Below the pieces are notes generated by a model. The model was not told the origin of the DNA. It worked only from the letters and a program-made list of their open reading frames with translations, and ran no database searches. Made by a program: the position numbers and the translations under genes. From NCBI RefSeq assembly GCF_009914755.1, contig NC_060947.1: a stretch of 64,000 bases of DNA; one strand, written 5' to 3'. Positions 26,701 through 42,016 of this stretch are shown here, one piece after another (position 1 is the first letter of the stretch; each line of letters opens with the position of its first letter). The stretch comes from the human T2T-CHM13v2.0 reference genome, Homo sapiens.

Positions 26701-27603
26701 GGCAGCTGTAGCTCAACTATTTGGTGGAACTTAGAGTTAGTATACTTAAACCTAATCTTAGATAGAATCTCTGAAAATATTAGTGCCTACTCCTTTCTAG
26801 ACCCAACAAATTGTTCTTAACAGCAATAATACTAAAGCTAGGATTCATTCAACATTTAATGAGTAAGTACCTACATATAAGAAGATTTTAAATCTCACAA
26901 CAGCCTAGGTAGGCATAATTTTCATTTCATATATGAAAAAGTGGAGTTTAAGAGAGATTAACTTCCTCAGTGTCACACAGCTAATTAGGAGAGTTGATGA
27001 TAACAATATAAATACCACAGCTGTTTTGGTTTTTCTCTTTCCTCCTATCTAACAATCCTGACCTTTTACAGGACAGTTTTTGAAACATCTAAATAAAAAA
27101 AAAAAGTAGCTGACTGTTGAAACAGGTGAATAAACCTCAAAGGCCAGAGCACAGATTGATTTAAAATATTTGCTACTTATTGTTTTCTAAAAGCTTTTAT
27201 GTTTATATTAATTTGTTGCTGTCTTCTTGTTCTCTAGACTTTATCATACTTCAATGCTATTTTCGCTCTTTGTGCTTCCCTCTTTCCACTCTCAAGCTCT
27301 CCCCTTTCTTAATGGAGAGCATTTGTAAGGGAGGATAACGAGTATCCTCTGCATCTGTGAAGCTAAAAAGAAAGGCATTGAAAGAAACAAGCTGCACATT
27401 CCTGTGCAACTCTTCTGAAGCTGTCACCAGTGCTGTTGATTCCAAGGAACTTTTCATGTTCACAAAACTCTGTGGTCCCTAAAGACAGGCTACTGTCTTT
27501 GTGGCTTATTATTTCAGGACATATCTCACAGCTCTTACAAACGTATTTAAGAACAAAAAGCAAACTTTATAGTCACTTCATGTGATGGGTTGTAGGAAGC
27601 AAA

Positions 27604-27877
27604 GACATCCAGCATCGAGATGTGTGACTCTTTGTATGGTCGTTGGCATGTGAATGTGTACTTCCACGTATGAGTGTCTGGCATCTAGGGGGTGTGTTTC
27701 TGTAGATGCTCATCTGGCATCTGGGGTGTGTTTCCATAGGTTGCCATTCAGTTCTTGGGTATATATATATCCATTGATGGTCATCTAGCATTGAGATGTG
27801 TGTTTCCATAGATGGACTTCCAGTATCTGGGAGTGTTTCTGTCGAGGGGCATCTGGCTCTGTGCCTCCACAGAGAGG
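27604..27877 (+). repeat. Degenerate ~35-bp tandem repeat (~8 copies)
   Basis: Units such as tcatctggcatctggggtgtgtttccataggttgc, tcatctagcattgagatgtgtgtttccatagatgg and gtgtctggcatctagggggtgtgtttctgtagatgc recur at ~34-36 bp spacing. Confidence 0.75.
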
Positions 27878-28275
27878 AAGCCTTATCCTGGTCTTTAGCA
27901 CATCTTCATCTTGGGAAAGTATTTTCCCCTCTATTGAGGGTAAGTGAAGCTCTCTTTACTTTTCTATCAATTGATCCTAGTCCTACTCTCTGAAGCTACC
28001 TGGAATAATGTTTAATCCCTCTTCTACATGGTTGCTCTTCAGAGCATATGATGAGTCTTAGCTCATTCTCCAAAGCCTTTATTTCTCTAAAATAAAAGCT
28101 GTACAATCTTTCAAATTTTTTATAAGATTCTGACCCTTTATTATCCTGGGGATGCTTATATTGATCCATTCTAGTATGTCAGTGTCTTTATTTTCCAGGT
28201 TTAACTTCTTTTCTGATTCCAGAAGTAATGAATGTTTATTACATAAAATAAAAAATTCGGACCGTATATAACTTC

Positions 28276-28340
28276 AAAAGAATGAAAGGAAAGGAAGAAA
28301 GAAAGGAATGAAGGAAGGGAGGAATGAAGAAAGGAAAAAA
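28276..28340 (+). repeat. Purine-rich (GGAA/GAAA) low-complexity tract
   Basis: aaggaaaggaagaaagaaaggaatgaaggaagggaggaatgaagaaagg. Confidence 0.75.
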
Positions 28341-29669
28341 TCACTCATTATTCCATTACCCAGATAACATTTTTAAAATTTTGGTCCTTATTTTCTAGTC
28401 TTTGTGTGTGTGAGTGAATAAATGTATGTTTACACATCTACTTATCTATATCCCCATCTATAGCTGTATTTTTATATACTGGTGTAGAGATCCAACTACA
28501 TTAAGCTTCATATCTTGATTTTGTATTTTCATAGCATGCACACTTTCTCTCACAGCAAATAGTGTTCACAAATATTCTTAATAACTACATTTCACTCTAT
28601 CATGCCGTTACATGAGAATTGCTCTGTGCCCTTTTGAAAGTGTGACTGACAGAAGCCACCACAATGCTCCAAAATGAACTGAGTATGGCAGAGTGCAGTG
28701 GGGTTCATCTCTACTTCTCTTCTTCATGTAAATGTGGGCCTTGAAATTAACTTAATTTTCTTAGTTTGCAAATCAACTTTTTCCTTAGCATGTGAACACC
28801 TTTAACGTATCAATCTACAGGGAAAGGGCCCTTTTGTAAATGCATAAGCTTATGTATGTCATTATAAGACATACCAGAATACAATCATACAAAAGGAAAG
28901 CCGTCACCGTGTTTGGCTAAGTTGTCTTGTGATTTGTGTGCATGTGTATGCACACATGTATCTTTGTACAAACAGTAAGAAGTCATTCAAATAGATCTTA
29001 CCGTCTCATTTGCAATCATTTTCTGCTCTGTTCCTCCTCAGCATCCCTTTTAAGGTGATAAACTGTACATTTAAATGTTGACTTTTTCTGTTTTGTGTAT
29101 ATAAATGTGAACTTTTTGGAAATTTTCATAGCAAGTTTTGTCTGCTGCAGTGCAACATGTTTTAGATTCCCAGTCATACTGTGTGCTCCATGTAAGTAGG
29201 AAATACCATTTGCACATGTGTTTTAGTTATCTAAAACAAGAATTGTCAGTCTAGGTTCATGCATGTCTCAGAATCAATGGATATTTTAGGGGAAGGTGGT
29301 TATGAATTCCTGGAAATTAAATTCAAATTTTTTGAGCATTTTCTTTTTCCTGGCGATACTAGATTTTCTAATGGCCTGTGATGATTGCTCTAAAGGGTAA
29401 CTTCATAAAACATTCTTGAAAATTCTTAGTGGGCTTGCTCAGAGAGATGCTATCATCATGGTGAAAAAAATAGCTAACAGAAGGCAATAATTTGAGAATG
29501 CATTAAACTTTCCAGATGGATGGCTTTTTTCTTATATGACTTGTCTTTTGTCATATCAGGTATTGATTTATACGTGAGAATGGGCTTACAGCATCCAGCA
29601 AAGTATTTTTCCCCAGTTATTTCTGAGATTCCCCCAGGAAGTGTCTTGAGATATCCTCTCCCCAGATTT

Positions 29670-29856
29670 TCTGGGTTCTACTCCTGGCTCCAATGGTAAG
29701 AGTCACACTGCCTCAGTTTCCTCATGGAAATATTGCAACAATAATAGAATCTGTTTCAAGGCTATTATGAGGACTAAATTAGTTAATCTATGTAAAGCAC
29801 ATAGAAAAGTGCCTGGTGTACCATAAACACTCCATAAAGATGGTTATTGTTATTAT
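29670..29856 (+). mobile_element. MIR SINE
   Basis: gcctcagtttcctcat...gctattatgaggactaaattagttaatctatgtaaagcacatagaaaagtgcctgg. Confidence 0.7.
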
Positions 29857-29997
29857 GATCTATTTATTTTTACAAATAAGATAGTTTAATAGTGAAATGA
29901 CTTGTTCCAGCCATCACAGTTAGAAAGTAACCGACATATGATAAATATTTCATAATGGGCAGGCCATATTTGAGAATTTTCTTTGGACTGACTAACT

Positions 29998-30200
29998 CGG
30001 GTCAACAAACTTTGTAAAAAGCCAAATAGTAAATATTACCAACTTAGTGAGCATAGGTTCTCTGTTGCTACTACTCAACTCTGCCATTGTGATACCAAAA
30101 CAGCCATAGATGATATGTAAACAAAGGGGTGTGGCTGTATTCCAATAAAACTTTATTTACAAAAACAGGGGCAGTCAAACTCTAGTTTGTAGGCTCCTGC
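29998..30200 (+). mobile_element. MER58A MITE
   Basis: gggtcaacaaacttt...ctactcaactctgccattgt...gtgtggctgtattccaataaaactttatttacaaaaacagg. Confidence 0.8.
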
Positions 30201-30454
30201 TTCTCCCTTTCCTTCAGATACTACTTAATTTCTTATTTCTTAATGCAAAAGTAAATATATATATAATGGAAAATTTAGAAATTATAGATAAACAAACTCA
30301 ACAAAGTTGAAAAATAAAAATTGCTTGTATTCTACCACCAGAGATAATTAGAGTTTACATATTGGTGAATAGTCAATAAGTATTCTTCCAGTAGAAAGAT
30401 GTTGCTAATATATTCCCTTTGTAGGTCTCTGGGAACTTGGTTTGTAATTGCCTC

Positions 30455-30842
30455 TGTCTTAGTCTATTTTGTGCTGCTATAACAGACTACCACAGACTGG
30501 GTAATTTAAAAAGAAAAGACATTTATTTCTCATGGTTCTGGAACTGGGAAGTCCAAGAGCATAGTACTAGCCTCTGGTGAGGGCCTTTGTGCTGCATCAT
30601 CCCATGGCAGAAGTCATTAGGGCAAGCAAGACAGAGAAAAAATGCGGGCCAAACTTCATCCTTTAATCAGGAGCCCACTGCCGTCATAACTAACATGCTC
30701 CTGTGATAATATTATTAATTCATTTGTGAGGGCAGAGCCCTCGTGACCTAATCACACCTCTTAAAGGTGCCACTTCTCAATACTGTTATAATGGTAATTA
30801 AATTTCAACATGAGTTTTGGAAGAGACATTCAAACCATAGCA
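30455..30842 (-). mobile_element. MSTC/MSTD-like MaLR solo LTR
   Basis: tgtcttagtct...cacagactgggtaattta...gagggcagagccctcgtgacctaatcac...acattcaaaccatagca; TSD gcctc/gcttc. Confidence 0.85.
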
Positions 30843-31239
30843 GCTTCTTAACATTAAGGTTTAATTATGGTAATTAGTGAGCAGGGTTACTAGCTGGGTC
30901 TAGTACCTATGGCACTAAAGGCCAGGGGAGAGGTGATGAGATAATACCTTGTAGATTTACTCATTTCAGAATTGTCTTCCCTCTTCATTGAATAGGAAAC
31001 TTCCTTATGTGATTGTCATGCTAGCTGTTTCAAAACTATTTAATATCTGTGGGGCCTGGATTTCTATCATTATATAATGTATGTGCTAAAACCTTTTAAT
31101 CCATGTCCCATAAGTTTTATTCCATAAATTTTATATATGCACACATAAAAATAGTTAAAATGCTTAATTTTAAAAGTTAATGTGGGGGCACACACATACC
31201 CTTCTCTTTGTTTTTGTCATATTTATCTCTGAGAATCAT

Positions 31240-31430
31240 TAACTATTTATGAGCACTTGCTATATGCTAGACACCATGGTAAATACTTTACATGTGTAAT
31301 TTCACTGAGTCCTTCTCAAAACCTTATGAAATAGATGTAACTGTTCTCATTTTATAGAGAAGTAAACAGGGCTTCTAAAGGTTAAATTATTTGTTGAAGA
31401 CCTTGGGACTTTAACTCAAGTCTGTGGATG
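31240..31430 (-). mobile_element. MIR SINE
   Basis: atttatgagcacttgctatatgctagacacc...ctcattttatagagaagtaaacaggg. Confidence 0.65.
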
Positions 31431-33980
31431 TTTCTTGAGTCGGCATACATGCAATAGCTTTGTCAAGTGCTAATTATCTCCCTTTATTTTTGTTTCAAAC
31501 GGTGGCCTTCTCTAGTGCAGGAGAAGTTAAAATCCTAGCTGCACATTACCTTCCATCACTTGACAAGCAGAGATGCACTGAAGACCGAGTTCAGTTATTT
31601 GCATAGTTATCAGTATGCTGAAGAAGTCCTTTCCTCACACTTACGACTCCTTCCATCCCATTTGCCATTCAATTTTGCCCATGAGCAAAGCTGTCTCTGT
31701 CTTCTGGAAGATGCTGAGTTTTTGTCTCCACTTTCGTTGATTGAGACATCCCAGCCCTGCTTTTCTTGGCACTTACTCCTCAGGTTATGGCATTGGCACA
31801 AACCATACCTGCAGCATCATGTTACTCTCTTGTGCTAAAAATAACAGATCCTGGGTGAGACTTCATATATAATTCATGGTTTTGATTTATTAATCTTTCC
31901 ATTAAGCCAGAGAATGACATTTTTGCTGGCTGCATTCCAATCTGCATTATCTCAGACACTTAGCATTAACTTGAATATTCTATCCTCTGTGTGTGTACAC
32001 ACACATGTGTGCACTCATGTCTGTGTTTATTTTCGGTTGTAGTAACATCAGAATTATTGCTGCTTGTAACTCCCTTAATCTTTCACTTAACCCTCATTTC
32101 AAACCCTTAACGTGAATGTAATATCTGAAAGCAGTAAACATCAAATGCATGTTGATGATGATAACAATACAGGCTCAAATGAAAAAGAATAGTTTGTCTG
32201 TTTTGTATAGCCTTAAAGTTAAATTTATATTCAATGAATGGGGAAGGGCAACAGTGTAAAGCCAGTTCATTCATTTAGTATTTATTTATTGAGCTCCCTC
32301 TAAGTGCTAGGATTTGTGGTAGGATGAGCAAGGTGATGACGGTACTATAGAAGATAGATCAACTTTCATGATACCCAGTAAGTCTTATAAGTAAATTAAA
32401 ATCCCTTCCTACTCCATTATTTGCATCATAGTTGGTCTGGTTCACCTGAACTGTTAGAAGATACCTTGAAGAGAGTGAACATATTTTAATTATTTTGTAA
32501 GACACTTCTCTGAGAGCTACACCCTGAAGGTCACTTCAGCTTCTTGGGCTCCACTACCTTCAATGAAACCTTCACCACCACTACTACTTTTCCTTGGGCA
32601 TGTCCAGGCTCTTCAAAGCAGAAAGGGAGGACCTGCGATAACAGATCAATAAATGAAGGAGGAGATCCACTCTATAAGCAGAGTCCTGATGCTTGCCATT
32701 ATATTCTACCAATATCAGCTCTTTGGAATTTTGGTACCATAGCATCTCAAGCCCCTTTTGAACAGTGAGAATGTCCTTGGAGAGGCAGCTTTGGATTGAA
32801 AACAATGCCACTTGGACATTGCATTTTGTAATTGTTTTGCCTGTTATTACATAATTGTCCTTCTAACTGCTCAACTGCCAGATTCATGAGTTAATATACA
32901 ATAGGCCAATTTTTAGGAGCCATATCCATAACTGGGGGAGGGGGAATTAAGGGTATTAATGGGTTCCAAGACGGCCAAATAGGAACAGCTCCAGTCTACA
33001 GCTCCCAGCATGAGCAACGCAGAAGACAGGTGATTTCTGCATTTCCAACGGACGTACCGGGTTCATCTCACTGGGGCTTGTCGGACAGTAGGGGCAGGAC
33101 AGTGGGTGCAGCCCACCGAGCATGAGCTTAAGCAGGATGAGGCATCGCCTCACCCGGGAAGCACAAGGGGTCAGGGAATTCCCTTTCCTAGCCAAGGGAA
33201 GCAGTGACAGAAGGCACTGGAAAATCGGGTCACTCCCACCCTAATACTGCACTTTTCCAACGGTCTTAGCAAATGGCACACCAGATTATATCCCGCGCCT
33301 GGCTCAGAGGGTCCCACACCCACGGAGCCTCACTCATTGCTAGTACAGCAGTCTGAGATTGAACTGCAAGGTGGCAGCGAGGCTGGGGGAGGGGCGTCCT
33401 GCCATTGCTGAGGCTTGAGTGGGTAAACAAAGTCACCAGGAAGCTCGAAGTGGGTGGACCCCACCGCAGCTCAAGGAGGTCTGCCTGCCTCTGTAGACTC
33501 CACCTCTGGGGGCAGGGCATAGTCGAACAAAAGGCAGCAGAAACCTCTGCAGACTTAAATGTCCCTGTCTGACAGCTTTGAATAGAGTAGTGGTTCTCCC
33601 AGCACGGAGTCTGAGATCTGAGAAGGGACAGATTGCCTCCTCAAGTGGGACCCTGACCCCCAAGTAGCCTAACTGTGAGGCACCCTCCAGTAGGGGCAGA
33701 CTGACACCTCACATGGCCGGGTACCCCTCTAAGTTGAAGCTTCCAGAGGAACGATCAGGCAGCAACATTTGCTGTTCAGCAATATTCACTGTTCTGCAGC
33801 CTCCGCTGCTGATACCCAGGCAAACAGGGTGTGGAGTGGACCTCCAGCAAACTCCAACAGACCTGCAGCTGAGGGTCATGACTGTTAGAAGGAAAACTAA
33901 CAAACAGAAAGGGCATCCACACCAAAAACCCACCTGTACGTCACCATCATCAAAGACCAAAGGTAGATGAAACCACAAAG

Positions 33981-35021
33981 ATGGGGAAAAAACAGAGCAG
34001 GAAAGCTGAAGATTGTAAAAATCAGAGCGCCTCTCCCCCTCCAAAGGAATGCAGCTCCTTGCCAGCAACGGAACAAAGTTGGATGGAGAATGACTTTGAT
34101 GAGTTGAGAGAAGAAGGCTTCAGATGATTGAGAGAAGAAGGCTTCAGATGATCAAACTTCTCTGAGCTGAAGGAGGAAGTTTGAACCCATCACAAAGAAG
34201 ATGAAACCTTGAAAAAAGAGTAGATGAATGGCTAACTAGAATAACCAGTGTAGATAAGTCCTTAAATGACCTGATGGAGCTGAAAACCATGGCACATGAA
34301 CTATGTGACGAATGCACAAGCTTCAGTAGCCAATTTGATCAACTGGAAGAAAGGGTTTCAGTGATTAAAGATCAAATGAATGAAATGAAGCAAGAAGAGA
34401 AGTTTAGAGAAAAAAAAAGTGAAAAGAAATGAACAAAGCCTCCAAGAAATATGGGACTATGTGAAAAGACCAAATCTATGTCTGATTGGTGTACCTGAAA
34501 GTGACGGGGAAAATGGAACCAAGTTGGAAAACACTCTGCAGGATATTATCCAGGAGAACTTCCCCAACCTAGCAAGGCAGGCCAACATTCAAATTCAGGA
34601 AACACAGAGAACGCCACAAAGATACTCCTCGAGAAGAGCAACTCCAAGACACATAATTGTCAGATCCACCAAAGTTGAAATGAAGGAAAAAATGTTAAGG
34701 GCAACCAGAGAGAAAGGTCGGGTTACCCACAAAGGGAAGCCCATCAGACTAACAGCTGATCTCTCGGCAGAAACTCTACAAGCCAGAAGAGAGTGGGGGC
34801 CAATATTCAACATTCTTAAAGAAAAGAATTTTCAACCCAGAATTTCATATCCAGCCAAACTAAGCTTCATAAGTGAAGGAGAAATAAAATCCTTTACAGA
34901 CAAGCAAATGTTGAGAGATTTTGTCACCACCAGGCCTGCTCTACAAGAGCTCCTGAAGGAAGTACTAAACATGGAAAGGAACAACCAGTACCAGCCACTG
35001 CAAAAACATGCCAAATTGTAA
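33981..35021 (+). pseudogene. L1 ORF1p (RNA-binding chaperone), disrupted
   Basis: ATG GGG AAA AAA CAG at 33981; in-frame TGA at 34125 and further lesions; C-terminal 200 aa open (KRNEQSLQEIWDYVKRPNL...YPAKLSF...QKHAKL). Confidence 0.92.
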
Positions 35022-35084
35022 AGACCATCAATGCTAGGAAGAAACTGCATCAACTAATGAGCAAAATAACCAGCTAACATTGTA

Positions 35085-38901
<3,817 letters not shown>

Positions 38902-39284
38902 ACAATGAGAACACTTGGACACAGGGCGGGGAACATCACACACTGGGGCTTGTCATGAGGTGGGAGGTGGGGGGAGGGATAACAGTAGGAGATATACCTA
39001 ATGTAAATGATGAGCTAATGGGTGCAGCACACCAACATGGCGCATGTATACATATGTAACAAACCTGCACGTTGTACACATGTACCCTAGAACTTAAAAT
39101 ATAATAATAATTTCAAAAAGGATATTAATGAGACCTAAAAACATAACCAAGATCTGGAGTATTATTTTCATTTTATAATAATGTTTTTAAAATTATATGA
39201 TCAATAGTCAAAGGAAATTGTGACTTTAATTTTGAATTTTTTGATTAAATATAAAATATATACTTTTTAAATAGTATGTTTCGA

Positions 39285-40390
39285 TCCAGTGGTAGCTATG
39301 ATTATTATTTATTCAATATCCTTTCCTTCCTCTCTTCTAGTAGTAACACCCATCTTTCTTGTGGGAACCTAAGTCTGTGTGGTTTATATGGGTTGACTCT
39401 CTTCTACCCAACTCCAACCACAAGGGTGGGGTGACCAAGACCTGGCCAATTAAAGTACTGCATTCCTCCTAGCTAAATGGTTGGTTCAAGGAAAGGGTGT
39501 GATTATTGCCACGCCAACCAGATTCACCCTTAAGTTTTTCTGGAGTTTTGGGGGAAATATACTCTTGCTTTTCTTCTGGGGTTATTATTATTAAGCAAGG
39601 CCACCACACAAGGAAATCTCCACCCATTAAGGACAAGGAAAGCCTTGAACTACTATGGTCAGGTCATCTTTTTATGGTGTGGGGAGGACCTCCCTGAAAA
39701 TTAGACCAGCACAGCAGAACACATTGCTTAGCTTATTATTGTAATAGACAGATTTGCATCATCTGAACTCTTCGATTAAACTAACTGGAAGTTATCTATA
39801 GCCCCTTGCACTTCTTGGTTACATGAATGTATTCATTTCCTGCTGCTGCTATAACAAATTACCACAAACTTAGTGGCCTAAAAAATATATATGCATTATC
39901 TTGTAGTTTGGAGGTCAGATGGCTAAACTGATCTGCAGGGCTGCATTCCTTCTGGAGGCTCTCAGGAAGGTCCATTTACTTGCCTTTTTCAGCTTCTAGG
40001 GGCTACCCACATTCCTTGGCTCTTGGTTCATGGCTCTGCATCACTCCAACCTCTGCTTCTGTAATCATATCTCTTCCTCTGACTCTGACTCTGATTCACC
40101 TGCCTGCCTGCCTTCCTGCCTGCCTTTCTCTTTTCCCTTATAAAGCCCCTGTGATTAAATTGAGTCCCTCTCCGTAATCCAAGATAAACAACCCATCTCA
40201 AAATCTTTGACTTAGTCACATCAGTGAAAGTCCTTTCGCCATGTAAGGAAGCATATTCTCAGGTTCTGGGGATTAGGACAGGGACATCTTTGCAGAAGGG
40301 GGCATTATTCTGCCTACCACAATGCATTCCTCTTTGGTATAAGCTAGTCTTGGTTGGAATACTAGCATTTGCAACCAAGAGTCTTAGAAA
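39285..40390 (+). mobile_element. Old ERVL LTR (LTR16/LTR33-like) split by an MLT1 insertion
   Basis: ggccaattaaagtactgcattcc...tggttggttcaagg core; 3' end aagctagtcttggttgg...ttgcaaccaagagtc resumes after 40321. Confidence 0.55.
39828..40321 (-). mobile_element. MLT1C/D-like MaLR solo LTR
   Basis: tgtattcatttcctg...ataacaaattaccacaaacttagtggc...ggttctggggattaggac...attattctgcctaccaca; TSD atgaa/atgca. Confidence 0.85.
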
Positions 40391-41764
40391 ACACTGTATT
40401 AAATACAATGAGATATTGGGGCAATTTAAACATTTCGATGAAAAGAGGACCTTTTGCATAGATATTTGGAGTTATGAAGCATTTTTTGGAAAGATGAAAG
40501 AATTGTACAGAGAACATTAAATTATGAACATAACTTTAAGTGACTCCAATATTTTCCTGTCCTTTAATCTCTTTGTATCTTTTTAAACTATATTTTTCTC
40601 TTCTTTTATGCTACCAACTGGGAATTTTCTTTCACATATTCTTGTTCTCAGTCAAGTTCACCTTTAAAATACCTTGCTTCCTATAGCCTATTATATGCTA
40701 CAGAGCCTTTCTGCAATATGTTTTCCTCCTGTTATCCATTTTTCTTCTTTTTTCTCAACTGTCACTCTTCTCATTTTCTAGAATATTCATCTGTTTCTTT
40801 CTTAAATTTGAACTGTTTTCTTTTTTCACTGTTTCTATGAATATTTTTTTCTATCTGTCTTTAGGATTTCTGTCGTTTTAGCGTATGTTTTGTAATAAGT
40901 CTCATGACTGGCATCAAATACGCATAAATTCCCATTTCACAATAAATGAGTAAATTAATCTCTCTCTTCCAGAGTTGTTCCCTATACTTTGCTGTTTACA
41001 TGTAAATAATATAGCCCTATATTACTTAACCAAAAAGCTTATAAAATCATATTTTTAGTCATTTTAAGTACTCATTCATATTTCAATCTCATATTTTTAA
41101 ATTGAAATATGATTTTATCAGGCCATTTTGACTTTTTGCTCATAAGAATATATGGCATAAGCCCCTTATTTACTCAGTGGCATTTAACTGTAAAGTTTTA
41201 TCTATGGCAATTTAACCTAACAAATGAGAAATCTTTTCTCATTGTTCTAGCATGCCAGAAATAACTCTCATATTTAATTTTTATTTCCTTTTTAACCGTC
41301 TTTAAAATAAACATATAAATAACTGTGTAACAGACAAAAATACAAAATGACTTTTTAAATGTAATCTTAATTAGCTAATTACTTCTTTTTCCTGAATTCA
41401 TATAAATGTTTCCGTGTATCTATTTGATCTACAGTGTAGAATATTGCTATAGCACAGTACATGTAACCTATCCTAGCTTTGCTCACTTGCCAGATATCTT
41501 TTCTGTTTTTGTTCTACTGCATTTGTTTATACTATCAGCAATACAGCTAAAGCCAGTCTTGGATACATTTTTAAGTAATTCTTTGGGATAGATAGATTCC
41601 TAACAGGGGTAGACCAGGCCAAGCAATATGGTCATAACTACTAATCTCTATTATATTTTGGTGGTATCAGAATAAAATATCTTGAGAGTAAATAAGATTT
41701 TGATGGAAGGAAGCAAGGATATGAAGTTATTCTATTTCATTTGAACAAGATTTGAAGGAGAACT

Positions 41765-42016
41765 TTTCATTTTTGTTTTTTAATGAGACTAGAAATCAAG
41801 GCTGATTGCAGCCTTGAGCAATCCTCATGCCTCAGCCTCCAAAGTACCTGGGACTACAGGCACACACCAACATGCTTGGCTAAGTTTTTTAATTTTTGTA
41901 GAGACAGGGTTTCTTCATGTTGCCTAGGCTGGTCTCTAACTCGTGAGCTGAAGTGATCCTCCTGCCTTGGCCTCCCAAAGTGTTGGGATTACAGGTGTGA
42001 GCCACCACTCCTGGCC
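41765..42016 (-). mobile_element. AluJ, partly deleted
   Basis: cctcagcctcc...tttttgtagagacaggg...ggcctcccaaagtgttgggattacaggtgtgagccacc...ggcc. Confidence 0.85.

Noticed and set aside
27220-27490. Possible exon (acceptor-like ttgttctctag on +, ctgtctttag on -)
   Set aside because: No recognisable protein and no convincing paired donor; a lncRNA exon cannot be excluded without RNA data
27604-27877. CRISPR-like array
   Set aside because: Units are contiguous and degenerate with no unique spacers, there are no cas genes, and the context is primate
31988-32016. Palindrome tgtgtgtgtacacacaca
   Set aside because: Trivial consequence of adjacent TG and CA dinucleotide runs
32500-32820. Coding-looking unique stretch (ORFs of 74-75 aa; KSSSGGEGFIEGSG frame on minus)
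   Set aside because: Frames are short, interrupted by stops and resemble no protein I recognise; tBLASTx would settle it
33190-33405. L1 antisense ORF0
   Set aside because: ATG is present at 33405 (minus), but an apparent 1-bp insertion follows immediately and the original frame has a TGA, so it is not intact
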